Of a stretch of 64,000 nucleotides of DNA, positions 41,144 to 54,100 are shown piece after piece. Position numbers and translations under genes: made by a program. Under the pieces are notes generated by a model, which did no database searches, was not told where the DNA came from, and saw nothing but the letters and a program-made list of their open reading frames with translations. The stretch is taken from the NCBI GenBank assembly GCA_015680685.1, contig MNCI01002798.1:134701-198700 (forward strand). The letters run 5' to 3'. The stretch comes from Gnetum montanum. Taxonomy: Eukaryota; Plantae; Gnetophyta. The stretch's first letter is position 1. Every line of letters starts with the position of its first letter.

Positions 41144-41921
41144 CTTTGCTAATTTCATACTTTTCTAAAATGGTTGTTGCATATTTTATTTGATGAATTT
41201 TGATTCCCTTCTTATCTTGGTCAACTTGTATTTTAAGAAAATATGTTAGCTCCCCTAGGTCTTACATTTCAAATTCATTCTTCATATTTATCTTAAAGTC
41301 CTCTGTAAGTTCATCATTTGTGGTTGTGAATATGAGATCATCTACATAGAGAAATATTATTATAAAGTCCTTATATTATGTTTATAGTATAGTGTTAATT
41401 CGAACATGCAACATGAATATCCATTTTTTATAAGATAGTTACTGATTTTATGGAACTAAGATCTTGGAGCTTGTTTTAGTCCTTATAGGGCTTTATTCAA
41501 TTTGCATACTTTATCTTCCTTATCTTTGATGGTGTATCCTTCAAGTTGATAAACATAAAATTCTTTATTAATACTATCATTTAGGAAAACTAAGTTTATG
41601 TCCATTTGATGTAATTTGAGTTTGTGATGAGTATAAATTAAGAGAATGAGTTTGATGGTTTCGAATCTAGCTATTGGAGTAAAAATATCTTCATATTCTA
41701 TGTGCATCCTTTTGTTTAAATCCCCTTGCAACTAGTCTTATTTTATGTTTGATGACTTATCCTTTTTCATTAAATTTGGTATGTACAATCATTTACACTT
41801 AATTAACTTGTTTTCTTTTGGTTTGTCTACTAATTCTCATGCTTTTTTCATGATAGTTTTGTATTCTTTGTTCATAGCTTCTTTCCATGCATTTTTTCTG
41901 AAGGCTTCCTCTACATTCTTT

Positions 41922-41965
<44 letters not shown>

Positions 41966-44520
41966 AAGTATGCTATGTTGCCAATGGTAGTAGATCTAGT
42001 TGTTTTTCTCTAAAAGTTATTATTCAACATTAATTATTAAAGGTGATTTCTTTGTATTTATGGGTTAGGATTGTTTTGTACTTCTATTCTTTCATTTTTA
42101 ATTTTGAAAATATTTCATGCCAAATTTATTTTTCATGAAAAAAACATCTTTAGTAAGTGCCATTTTTTATTTGTGGGATCATAGCAAGTGTATCCACTTG
42201 TCTTGGTGTTATATTATAGAAAATGCATTTCTTTCCTCTATTCTCCAATTTATCTATGAATTAATTTAGAATTTTGACATAAAAATGATGTTCAAATATT
42301 CTTATGTGTTTTATATTTGAATTTTTATATAAAACATTTTATAGAGGGACTTGTATTTGTTGTTGTTGTTGATTACTCTATTGGTAATGTAGGTTGCTAC
42401 ATTCATGGTCATGCTCCAAAAATCATTAGAGATTTAAGCATTTTTAAGAAGACATCTCACCATGTCTTGCAAGATTCTGGTTTTTCCTTTTACAATGCCA
42501 TTTGATTGTGGACTATATCCACATATGGTTTGATGAAAAATGCTTTGATGTATACAAAAATATTTGAATTATTAATTGATGGTATCTCTTCCTCTATTTG
42601 ATCCAATGGCTTCGATGGATAGGCCCATAGTGTTTTTTATGACAATGTATAAGTCTTTGAATTTGATTAATGCCTTAGCCTTGCTCTTCATTTTATATGT
42701 CTAGGTATATCTTGAGAAATCATCGACAATAACAAGTGTATATTTGGATCCTTCTATTGAGGTAATAGACAAGGTCCAATATGGTCCATTTGGAGAAGAT
42801 CAAGAGGAATTTCTTTTCTCTACATAGTTATGTGAGGATTGTTCATTTGCTTTCCTTAAATGCATATTTTATATCTTTCATTGGAGGTATCTTTGATGTG
42901 AATCTCTATTACTTTCTTTAACTTTATTATGTTTTCTATTTTATTGTAAGAGGTATCTCAATCTTTTATGCCAAATTTTGGCATCTTCATTTTTTATTTG
43001 ATGCTTAAAATTGCTTTAACATGGATCTATGTGCATTTATTTTTCTAAAGTACTAACTTAAATGATGGTTTGGCTATTATCTTGGATGACGTTTCCTCTT
43101 AGATAAAAGTGACTACAATCTATGTAATAGATTTTTGTTGTTGTAGGCTTTTGTTCTAATGATTTCTTCTTTCTTTTGCTTTTTAGTAATGACACTAGTC
43201 ATCTTTGAAATTGATTTTGATTCCTTTCTTGGCCATTTGTCCTATTGAGATCAGAGGATTTAAGATATTTGGTACATTAAAGACATTAGTGATGGCTATA
43301 ACCTTGTTTTTTGGTAATTTAATAATACAGTTTCCAAGTCCTTCTATGTCAAGGTGGTTACCATCTCCTATTTTATGCTACAAATTCTTCTTAATTTTTA
43401 TTGAAGAAGATAAGACTTGTATGGTGTCATGTGATTTCAGCATCCATTGTCTATAATCCAAGAGTTTTTCTTAATTATTTTGCTAAAATTAAGAGCTTTG
43501 ATCTTACCTTCATGATCTTATTTATTTGATATCCTTTCTTCTTCATCATCTTTCTCTTGGAATTGAAGAGCATCAGGTTTAGAGTTCAACCAACATACTT
43601 CTATGGTGTGGCCTCTTCTATAAAAAATTTTATGTAGAGGAATTTGAACATTTCTATGTTCTTGTGACTTCCATCTTCCTCTTATGAAATCTTTACCTTT
43701 GTTATCTCTTTGTAAAGTCTTTGACTTGTTCTAATTGCTTTGGTCTTGAGAAGAATTTCTATTGAATCCTCTTCTTCCTCTTCTGGCTACGAAGACTTGT
43801 TCTTTATTAATTTTTTTTAGTTCTTAGACTTTCAAGTGTTTTGATATGAGTAACTAGATCATCCACAATGAGTTACTTGAATTCTTTATTTTGTAGAAAG
43901 TTCATAATTATGTTTTGATATCTAGGATCATTGTAATGAGTTGCCACAATTTTTTGTACTTTTGGTACTAAGTAAAGTGACATTCAAATTCATCAATGTT
44001 TTTTATGATAGTGTACATCCTTATAAAAAACTCTTCAATGTCTTCATATATTTTGATTTCTAATTTGTCAAATTGAATTTTGTACAATAGTCAATTTGTA
44101 TATTGATTTTTGGTGTTACCTGGATAATTTGAGCATAATATTTTTCATACTTCTTTAGTAGTCTTTAATAAGCATAATCTTCTAGATATTTTTTATTCAT
44201 TGAAAATAATGATCATTCTTCCATGTGAATCTTTTCTCTTCAAATTTTCTTCTTCTAGGAGTTCTAAAATTATAGGATTTTTCTTTGTCTTTATTTTCTT
44301 CTTTTAAGGTGACTTTGATAGGGGCTTTTGTAGGTTTTATCACATCCTATACTTCATTAACTTTCAGAAGTTCTTTCATCATTTCTTTTAGAGAACCAAA
44401 TCTTGGATCCCATTGAAGCTAATGGGATATTTAGCTATTTCCTTGTTGCAACTCATGGTGGCTAGCTTCAACACCAATTTTGTGAAAACCTTCTTCTTGA
44501 ATTGTTAACCTAGGTAGCTT
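41144..44520 (-). pseudogene. Old Ty1/copia gag-INT-RT remnant, cut within RT by element C
   Basis: RT motifs RLVARGF, FTPIARFETI, KLHQMD, CKLNKAL, YVDDL (~41340); integrase IVDDFSR (~42720); gag ~43600-44460. Confidence 0.85.
41925..41963 (+). repeat. Perfect (GA)19 microsatellite
   Basis: Seen directly. Confidence 0.98.
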
Positions 44521-44527
44521 TGACTAT

Positions 44528-44770
44528 TGATATTCTAGACATGATAATTCTTGAATATCTAAAATTTTGGACTATAAAAAAATTAGTTATTGAAATCTTG
44601 ATAATGCATGTAATATGCATTCCAAGCATCCCTTAGTGCTAGCTTGTAATATGCAAGAGTAATCCTAGATGATGCACCTTGCTCTCTGAAAGCATACGTT
44701 GCATATTAATAAAGCTGTGAGTTTTGTTAAGTAATTTGAGTGAGCTAAGTAAGAGTTTGGTATCAAAGCC
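44528..44770 (+). mobile_element. Possible short LTR plus Met-type PBS fragment of another element
   Basis: Starts TGAT, has AATAAA at ~44708, followed by TGGTATCAAAGCC at 44758-44770. No canonical CA end or partner LTR seen. Confidence 0.35.
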
Positions 44771-44959
44771 AAGTTCTAGCTAATTGTGTGGTGTTTTCAT
44801 GTACCCTTGGTCTTGTGCTTGTTGTTTTGCTATAGTTCTTGGAGTATCTTTGTGATGAATAAGTCAACAAATAATTTGATTGCTTAATAATTGATTTCAT
44901 AGATGGTTGCTTGATAATTTGATTTCATAGATGATTGATGAAAATGGATTGATAATTAA

Positions 44960-46905
44960 GAATGAAAACATTTTTTAAGTATGTTTTTTTTGGTTCTGAA
45001 TGTCTATTAAGCTCAAATTTTTTATAGCAATTCTTTTATTTTCTTCTTCAAATGCAATGATAGCCTTAGCATGGGCATACATTTGAGCATTTATAACTGA
45101 AGCATTCCACACTACATTATCTTTTTCTATCTCCATATATTTTTTCTTGGCCATCAATTAATCAATTTGTTCATTTCTAAATCGGGCCAACTAGTCTAGT
45201 ACAATGTGTCATGTAGGATCTTATCTATCATCTCTCAATTCAGCTAGTTCTTCTTGTAGTCTCTGCACTTTACTCTTCTTGTGTTTCATCTTAGTTTCTA
45301 CCATGACTAGCTTGCCTTTGCCAAATATTAATTCTAACTACAATGTAATGATATCACTAGGGATATTAAAAATATTCTACATAACCTATCATGTATGCAT
45401 CAATCTTTCCAACATGTCTTCATGTTCAACAAGGGATATAATTTCCTTTCTTCAGGTTCCATCTAATATCTCTACATCTATAGCTCTATAAATATCTATT
45501 GATGGCATGACAAAAACATTGAATGAATCTTTTATATGGTCATTTATTATTTTTTCTACTTGTACTACATCTTGGCATTGCATCACTACTATAATATCTT
45601 CTTCTCTAGTTTCTAACATCTTCAAGAATGATGTAGCATTCCCAAAAATTTATTGTACCCAATCATTAGTCTTTCTTGCCTACAAAGATATTTGAATACT
45701 AGTAGGTATTGTGGGCATTGTAGGTCTACTTGGATTATTCCTTACTCTATACATACTCAAGACTTCCATGTTGTACCAAGTTATTATTTTTGCTATCTAT
45801 TGTAAGTGACTCGTGAAAGGTTTGTAGTCTAGCTATGTTGGTGGAGCACTCTGTCCTACTCACTTTGCAATTGGGGTTGACCCACTAGGTCCTACCTATT
45901 TTGTGCATATAATTGGAATATTTACTATTGATGTTGATCCTATTGTAACTTTAGTGCCTACTAGTTTCTCTACTTTATCTTTCTTGGATGGCACTAACTT
46001 GGAGATTTTTGCATATAAGGCATTTTGAGCTTTTTGGAGGACATCATTAGTATAGCCAAAAATTCCAATTTGTGTACATAACTTCCTAATAATATGAGGG
46101 AATGGAAGAGTGGGTTTCCCTATCTTTCTCTCTTCAAACCTTCTTTGTATTTCCAAAAACAAGAAATGGACTATGTTAGCTTGGAATTTCCCAATTAATA
46201 TAGCACTTCCTCTAGCAACATAGGTGGAAATTTTGTTAAGTATTTTATTTGGGAAGATATGGTATGTTCAAATATTGAAATATATATTTTTTACAATGGA
46301 TAATGCATTATAGTATTTGTATGTAGTTCCATATGTCCTTTGAAACCATCAATTTCTCACATCTATGTCAAACTATGTGGAGATTTGAGTAATGTTGGCT
46401 CTAGAATTTGATATGTTTAATGCTCCTTTGATTACCTCAATTGAATGTGGCACTATCACTCCTTCAGTTTTCACTATTGCATCTTCTTATTATTTTTAAC
46501 AAAATTGATGAAATTACCCCAAATACAATTTACCATTACTTGAAATGATTAGATAGAGTGGTGAGGTTTGGAGTTGTTCATGGATCTTTGCAAATGCGAT
46601 CTCCATGAATGAACCAAAGTTAAGTTCCAATAGCATGGTGGACATGATGGAATTTTCCTAGATGGCCTATATACAATCATTGGAGAGTGTGTAGTGTTGT
46701 CCTTATTTTGGAGTAGGTGGTGCATTAACTTTTACCTATGTAGATTATATTGTTATAGGTGTAGGCTGATGGATTGGGCATGACTATGCCTCTTGCTTCA
46801 TTGGAGGAGTTTTTTTTGCACCTTATACTCTTCCTCTTCCTCTAAGCTTCTTTTCCCTTAGTCATGATGGTTCCCCCTAGCTTTGGGTATTCTCTTTGGT
46901 AGCAT
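44960..46905 (-). pseudogene. Extra ('env-like') ORF of element D, truncated
   Basis: ...TAATTATAG|ATG start (MLPKRIPK); LFLEIQRRFEERKIGKPTLPFPHIIRKLCTQIGI; coiled-coil-like fragment 44975-45157. Confidence 0.8.
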
Positions 46906-47511
46906 CTATAATTAGAAGAAAATTCAAGATTACCCAAAACCTCCAGAAACATACCTAATGATTCATAAACTTACATTGGATTTTGGGTTTTAATCAAATG
47001 TGTTAGATATAATCAATTTCATTTTTAATTTGGATTGAAAAGTTTGGAAAAGTTGTTAACTCAGAAAAAATCCATATTCAGAAAAAAACCTTGATTAAAC
47101 AATTCAACAATTGATTCAAAACAATTTTTAGCTTGAAAATCCATTACTATCCTTGATTTATTATTTAAAATTTATTCAAATGATCAATTAAAAAGAAATA
47201 TTAAGTTTATTGGCTACTGTTAGACCAAAATGTTATTATTTCTTATGGTTCTTACCCTTAATTGATCTTCTAAGTGTTAGAAAAATTTTATGCAATTCAA
47301 AAGAACTATGTGTAACAGTCTTCCCCACGACTAAGATGATCACTCCATGAGGAAAAGATTTAAAAAATGGCTCAAGATTAAGCATGTGGTGAAGAAGATA
47401 TGTAAATTTGAAGGTTCTCAAATAGAAAAACTTTATGATCTCTCGTTACATGAAATAATGGAAATGAAAAATTTTCTAATTGTTAGTGCATATATATAGA
47501 TTTTTATTAGT

Positions 47512-47580
47512 GTGATATCATAGATGTGACATTATTGATGGGATATTGTAGAGCCTACTTTATCACATCTATGATATCAC
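47512..47580. repeat. Perfect 18-bp inverted repeat with a 33-bp spacer
   Basis: GTGATATCATAGATGTGA (47512-47529) / TCACATCTATGATATCAC (47563-47580). Confidence 0.95.
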
Positions 47581-47963
47581 CTTTGAAATTTTTGATATTT
47601 TTGTGAAATTTGATTATAAAAAATTGAAGAAATGGATAGTGTGGAAGGTGTAAAGATTATCCAAATGGTTTTTGATCATAGATGATGTTTAGAATGTGAG
47701 AATTTAATGTCAAAAATATGTTAGCGAAGGAGTTTGGGTAAGGTAAGTCAACTAAGGTTTAGGAGATGATTTAATCAAAATTGCTAAACTTATGAGTAAG
47801 TATGAAGATGTAGGAAAATAATAATATTTGCCAAAGTATCTCAAAGGTACAAGATGATGTCAAATGTGTCATCAACTATGAAACACAAGACTTAGTCAAG
47901 TGGATCCTCCCCAAAGTAGACTCTTGCCCTTAATGCCCTTGTATAAGCACACCTAAAAGTGTC

Positions 47964-49750
47964 AGCGACAACAGCGACGGCAGCGACAGCAATGACGGTA
48001 GCGACGGCAGCGACGGCAATGACAGCAGCGACAGCAGAGACAACAACGACGGCCACGACGGTTGCGACTGCTACAATGGCTGCTACGGCCGCTACGGTCG
48101 TCACAGCAGCCACTATGGCGGCCGCTACGGATGCAACTATGGCTGTTGCAGACACGGCAGCGTCTATGGCGGCAGCAACCACGGTCGCGATTCAGGCGGC
48201 CACGACAGCTGACACCGTGACCCCCACGATTATGGCCATAGAGCTTCTTGGGACGGTTGCAATCACGGCCGCAGTAACCTCGGCGACCACTGCACCGCGC
48301 GGGGCCATCGAGGCTCACTCCCGTTCCAACCACACCTTGCACCTTTGCATCCGTAACCCCCCTACCGACGGCGTGCGCACCATGGAACGGAGCCTCATCG
48401 GTCGTTTCATCTCCCGGGGGAGCTGCCCCCAGCTCAACCTGATACGGCGCTGGGTTAAGGAGCAGTGGAAACTGGAGGGAGTTACCGTCCGGAGCCTCTC
48501 GGAGGATCTGCTCCTCTTCGTCCTCCCCTCCCTACAGGCCCATGACTCCGTCCTTCTCAGTAGATCTTGGTTCTATGGGGCCCGACATCTCACATTGACC
48601 CCTTGACGCCCCGGTGCCCATAGAGAACCCGATTTGTTCACCTGTGCCCCTGTTTGGATCCGGGTGGCCGGTATCCTGTGGGAGTTATGGAGCCTTGAGT
48701 TTCTACGGGAGGTGGTGGGACATTTCGGTGAGTTCATCACCTTCGACCGGGTCACGCGGTCACTGGACAGGTTGGGATATGCCCGCTTCTGTGTCTGGCA
48801 AAGCCTGGCCACGATCGACCTTGTCCGGGAGGTCGTCTTGGAACTTTCGGGGGGCGAGGAATCCCTCCAAGTTACCTACAAAAACCTAGATGGTGGGGAC
48901 CAGTCCATGCACAGCCCGACCCCCCGCATGGACCGGCCGGGGGGGGTGCAGCTACTGTGGTAAGCTGGGCCACCATGAGGTAGACTGTCATTTTTGCAAG
49001 GCCTGCTCAACTAACCCTGCCTGCCAGCTTTTCGAGGAGGGCAACTGGGTCACCATGGCCCGTAAGGGGTGACTATGGCCCCCACCCTACCAACCCCCCC
49101 ATGCCCACGCCCCCCCAAGGCCCCGCCCACCACCCCCCACCCCCACACAGTGCCTTCCTCCCACACTGCCCCCCCTACATTCCCAACCTCCCCCCACCCC
49201 AACTACACCCCCCTCCCCTCACTCTCCCATGACCCCCACTCCCAATCCAACCTCCCCCCCCTCGCCAGGGCACCTACCAATGACCCCCCGTGCCAAGACC
49301 ACCCCTCCCTCTTTCCCCCCCTCGTCCCCCCTGCACCCCCCCGCTCCCTCTCCCCCATCACCACTAGTCGCTCCCGCCCCCCCTCATGCCTTCCCACTAC
49401 TCCCCCACATTCCCTCTCCCTCGACACCATCTACGGGTCCCCCGTTAGGACACCTCATCGCTCCTAATCCTCGGCCCCTATCCCCCCACCCCAACCTCCC
49501 GAACCGCAACCAATGCTCCCCCCACTGGGGGAATGGGTCAACGTCGTTCGAAGGAGTACCCGGACTAGATAGTGCAATGCACCACCGTCCCCCGCTTAGG
49601 AGATTGGCTGCACCCCTATGGTCCGTGAGGGGGAGGGACGCCCAGGCCGCCCGACCGCGTCCCGCTCCAGAGGTCGACAAGCCCAGCGTCACATTGACTT
49701 GGGTCAACAACAGACATTACGGGAGTTCTACCAGCGCCACCCCTCTGGTT
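47964..49750 (+). pseudogene. ORF1: LINE ORF1 (Ala/Thr repeat, DUF4283/RRM-like domain, CCHC knuckle, Pro-rich tail)
   Basis: SLIGRF...W..QW..W.YGARHLTLTP*; PVWIRV..I.WELWS...L..G.F..RLGYAR; CSYCGKLGHHEVDC at ~48947-48990; one stop (48604) and a frameshift in a G run. Confidence 0.9.
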
Positions 49751-49754
49751 GCAC

Positions 49755-52700
49755 ATGAAGATTCTCAGTTGGAATTGCAGGGGGTAGGGTACCCCCTATA
49801 AACAAAATACCCTGCGCAATATTATCCGAGAGGAAAATTGTGACGTGGTCTGTCTTCAGGAAACCAAGCTGCAGGCTGCGGAATCCGGTCATCTCCAGTG
49901 GACGGACTGGACCACATACCTGCACCCCAGCTAGGGCCGGGCCGACGGCCTGGCCATTCTTGCACGATAGGCTTCTACTCTAGTGGATGCCTCCTTATGG
50001 ACCATCACGATCCACCTCCACGCCCATGGATTTTAGCTGACCAATTTCTATGGGGCGCAGGCGTGGGAGCTACAGCTCCAGGAGTTGAATCGGGTGGCCT
50101 TGCTGGTGCCGGACCATAGCTCTTAGGTGGTTGTCGATGACATCAATCAGCGTTTGTACCCCTGGGAGAAATCTGGGGGGGCCACCCCCCGGGTGCGCCT
50201 ACTTTCATGGAGTTCCTTGAGCGCTCGTCTCTTGTTGATTTGCCCATTGCGAACTACCGTTTTACCTGGAGTAACAGGCGGAAAGGGGCGCACCGGGTTC
50301 TCACCCGCATTGATCGTGTTTGTGTGAGTTCTGCTCTCCTCCTTAGCGCCGCCATCACCGTGGCCGGGCAAGAGCAGGCTGCTTCTGACCACTGCTCACT
50401 TGTGGTATCTATTGGCCCATCCCCGCCCCAGGCCCCACGCCCTTTTCGGTTCGAACCTTCATGGCTATCCAAGCCGTGGCTTTGCCCGCTGGTGGAAGAC
50501 ATCTGGGCCGATTACCAACCGGGTCGGATGGACCCTCGGACCTTCCTCAAAGAGGCTCTCCATCGGCTCAAGTGGGCCATCCGGGCCCTCCCGGTGGGGG
50601 AGAAGTTTTCGTTTCGGGCTAGCCACAAGTTGGTTCGGGCGTAGCTCAGATGCATCCTGACGCAACAAGAGAATGGGGAGGACCTGCACACGGAGGAGAT
50701 GCACCTCCTTCGCCAACTCCAGAGTCTCGACAGCGAGGAGGAGCTTTATTGGTGGTAGTGATCCCGGGTTAGATGGCTCCGCGAGGGGGACCGGCATACG
50801 AAATTCTTCTTCGCCATGGCAAAGACCCGGGGCGATACCCACATTCGTAGCATCCGTTCCCAGGCTAGGGTGGTGGTTGCTGATCCGCAGGGGATTGCCA
50901 ATGAGCTCTCAGACTACTGGGGGAGGATTTGGGCTAAGCACACCACCCGACCCATCTCCGTCCGTGTGGCGAAGGTGCTTACGGCTGCAGACAATCAACG
51001 CCTTCTGGCCCCCTTCTCCGAGGCCGAATTGACCACCACCATCAACAACATGCCAGGCGGTAAAGCGTCGGGTTCGGACGGCTGGTCTCTGGAGTTCTTC
51101 AAAGCTTTTTTGGACATTGTGGGCCCCAATCTCCTGGATGCTTTCAACGTCATGCTGCCCAGACGGCAAGTATGACGCGAAATCAATTGCTCGCGCATCA
51201 TCTACATCCCCAAGCAACTGAATGCACACCACCCAGAGCACTTTTGCCCTATTGGTGTGTGCAATATCCTCATCCGCATCTTCTCCAAACTTCTGGTCAA
51301 TCACCTAGGCCCCCTCCTGCCTAAGTTGATTAGCCTCAATCAGGTGGGCTTCGTCCAGGGTAGGACCCTCCAAGACCAGGTTCTTCTTATGCAGGAGGTC
51401 CTTCACTCCCTCCGTGCCACGGGGTTTCCGGGACTTTGTCTCAAGCTTGACATCACGAAGGCCTACGACACACTTAGCTGGGAGGCCCTTCGTGACATCA
51501 TGCATAGGAAAGGTTTTGACCCTGGATTTATCCAGCTATGTGTGCATCTCCAGTCCTCCGCCGAGTTCTCTTTTGACGTGGGGGGGCAGCTTTGGGGCTT
51601 CTCCTCCCCTGGTCGAGGTCTGAGGCAGGGTGACCCCCTGTCTTCTTTACTTTTCATCATTGCCATGGACCTCCTGCAATCCTACTGTCACGCCTCGGGG
51701 GGTGGAGGGCCTTGACATTGCGGGGGTGGCTTGCCGCGTTGAGCACTACGTGGACGATACCATGCTTCTTAGCAGGGCGGCGGTCCCGCAGGCCCGGTGT
51801 ATCAACCTGGCTCTGTCCAGATTGGCTGCCGAGTTAGGCTTAGAAATCAACCGCACCAAGTCGGCGGCGCACTTCATTAATGTGGACTCGTAGGTGCAGC
51901 ACCGGGTTACATAAACTCTGAACGTACAACCAGGGAAGAACACCGATACCTACCTGGGTATCCCGCTATTCTAGTGGGGGCAGAACAATTCTTGGACCCC
52001 CTCCTGGCCAAGCTTGAGCACCGCATCAATCACTGGGCAAACCGATTTATTACGCGTAAAGGCCGCCTCCTCATGGCCAATGGGATCCTTGCGGCCATCA
52101 CGTGCTTTGTGGTGGCGGTCGCCGTGCCCCCCGTGGCCATCATCCACCAGATCAATGCCTGGATCCGTGGTTTCCTGTGGCGGGGGGGCAAAGGGGGGAG
52201 CAAACTCTATCTTGTCAATTGGCATCGCGTGGCTCATCCTCGTACGGAGGGGGGGTTGGGGGTCACGATGTTCGAGGATGAGTGTGCGATGGGGCAACAA
52301 CGGTTGGTCTGTCGGCTCACTCGTGCTCGGGGGGAGTGTAGTCAGTGGGGCCGTATCGTTCACCGGAAGTACACACTCTGGATGTCTGGTTCGCATGTTT
52401 CGAGGCCTTGGATGACTCTCTGCCAGCACGTGCGATGGATGTTGAATCTGAACTAGATCCACCTCGAGCTACGTGCCCTTTTGACCCATAAATACCCCCT
52501 GAGGACGGTTGGATGGCGGTTTGGCGCGGGCGGCTCCCCGAGAAAGTAAAAATCTTTCTCTGGTTGCTCAAATCCGCCGCACTCCCCGTTCGTGTGTTCT
52601 TGCAGTAGAACAGCATCATGCAGGACCGCATGTGTCGGCGTTGTGGCCACGACCCCGAGACCCTCAACCACTTCATTTATGACTGGCGCACATGCAGAAG

Positions 52701-52825
52701 ATCCCCCCCCCCCGCGGCAATTTTACGGCGATTCCTGGTCGGCGCTTTTACTTTGGCACGCCTGGAAGGCGTGGAATCGCACGGTTTTTACTCAGGCGGC
52801 TACCCCCCAGCAACTTATCCAGTAG
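49755..52825 (+). pseudogene. ORF2: LINE ORF2: APE endonuclease, reverse transcriptase, zf-RVT
   Basis: MKILSWNCRG, CLQETK, FTWSN, RIDR, SDH, PFRFE, WLREGDR.TKFF, KASGSDG, LKLDITKAYD, GLRQGDPLS, HYVDD, YLGIP, EGGLG, CRRC..DPETLNH, WHAWKAWNRTVF. Confidence 0.95.
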
Positions 52826-54100
52826 ACTCACCGGGCGTGGTGTGAGATTGTGGCCGCTATGGGGCAGACGCCGACGTACGAGCCTGACTGCGTGGACTTC
52901 CAGGCGGATGAGGAGCTGTGGCAGATGGTTTGCCAATGCGGATGGGACGCCCTACTGCAGCAGCTGGTCGGGGACCCTGACCTACCTGACAACTCTTTCT
53001 TTACCAACTGGTGTGGCGATCAAACCTTCTTCCGAGGCCGTGTAATTCGCCTGACAGAGGCTGCTCTGGCCAACTACCTGGGGATCTCAACCGTTGGGGA
53101 GATCATCCTGCCAACCTCCCGTGGCCTCCATAACTCTACGACCTTTTTCGAGGGGTTTTCCCCGAGAACGTAGAGCCGTCAGGTCCCTCGGACGTCCCTT
53201 CCGTGCCTCTGGGCTCATACAACCGTCTTGGTCAAACGCTTCTTTGTGCAGTCAGGGAATGTGTCCAAACTCTAGGGGCTGCATTTCACCTTCCTGCGGT
53301 GCTTGAAGGAGGGCACCCAAGTAAACCTACCGCGTCTCTTCCTCGAGGCCCTCCGCCTTCAGTGGTGGGGTCATCGTTCGGGACTTATTTTGGCCCTGTG
53401 GAGGGGGGCAGGGGGCACCAGGCCCATCCTCTGCCCCCACTAGGGGCCGTTTCGCTGACCCCCCTGCTTCCCCCCCTTCCTCCACTCAACGACGATGGGC
53501 CGCTCTCCATCTTTCCTGGGGCTGCCGCTCCCACCGCAACCCTGCCCTCTCACCTGACCCCCCCTGCGCCCCCCCACATTGGGAGGCGCAGCTTCAATAG
53601 GCAGTTGCTGCGGCTCAGGAGGCCGTGCAACGGTCCTCGGAGAATCAGTGGACCGAGGCCCTGGCCAAGTGGCGCGCCGACCACGATGCCCAGCTTCAGG
53701 AACAAGCACAGCAGCTGAATAGGCAGCATACGCTCGCAATGGAGACCTTGCATGCCCAGCTCATGGATGAGCTTCGGGACCGGATCAGGGAGGAACTGCG
53801 CCAGGAGGAGGCGGATCGGCAGGCCTAGGAGGCGGCGGCTCGAGAGGAGTAGGAACGTCTGTAGGAGGAAGAGGTGCAACGGCAACAACAACTCGACCGG
53901 GCGCATCAACACAGCGTCCGCCAGTGGCTTAGGGGGGGGGGCGCTGCCCGTATAGCATCCTTGGAATTAGCTGTAAGAGCTCCTGGGGGGAGCTTAGACG
54001 ACACATCCGGTGCACCTCCGCTAGATTCCACCTGGATGCGAGGGATTCCTCGTCGGACCGGCATAGGCGTGAGGCTCTTTTGCAGGGGTTTCAACAGGCT
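52826..54100 (+). pseudogene. Extra LINE coding module (ORF2 C-terminal extension or ORF3): Athila extra-ORF-like domain, Pro-rich linker and coiled coil; right end approximate
   Basis: Same frame as the ORF2 end: GWDALL...FFTNW...FRGRVIRLTEAALANYLGI...VSKL*GLHFTFLRCLKEGTQVNLPRLFLEALR...SGLILALWRGAG, then a Q/E/R-rich helix (53580-53930). Confidence 0.7.

Noticed and set aside
41745-41990. ORF with an ERERER repeat
   Set aside because: It is antisense to copia RT and reads through the (GA)n microsatellite.
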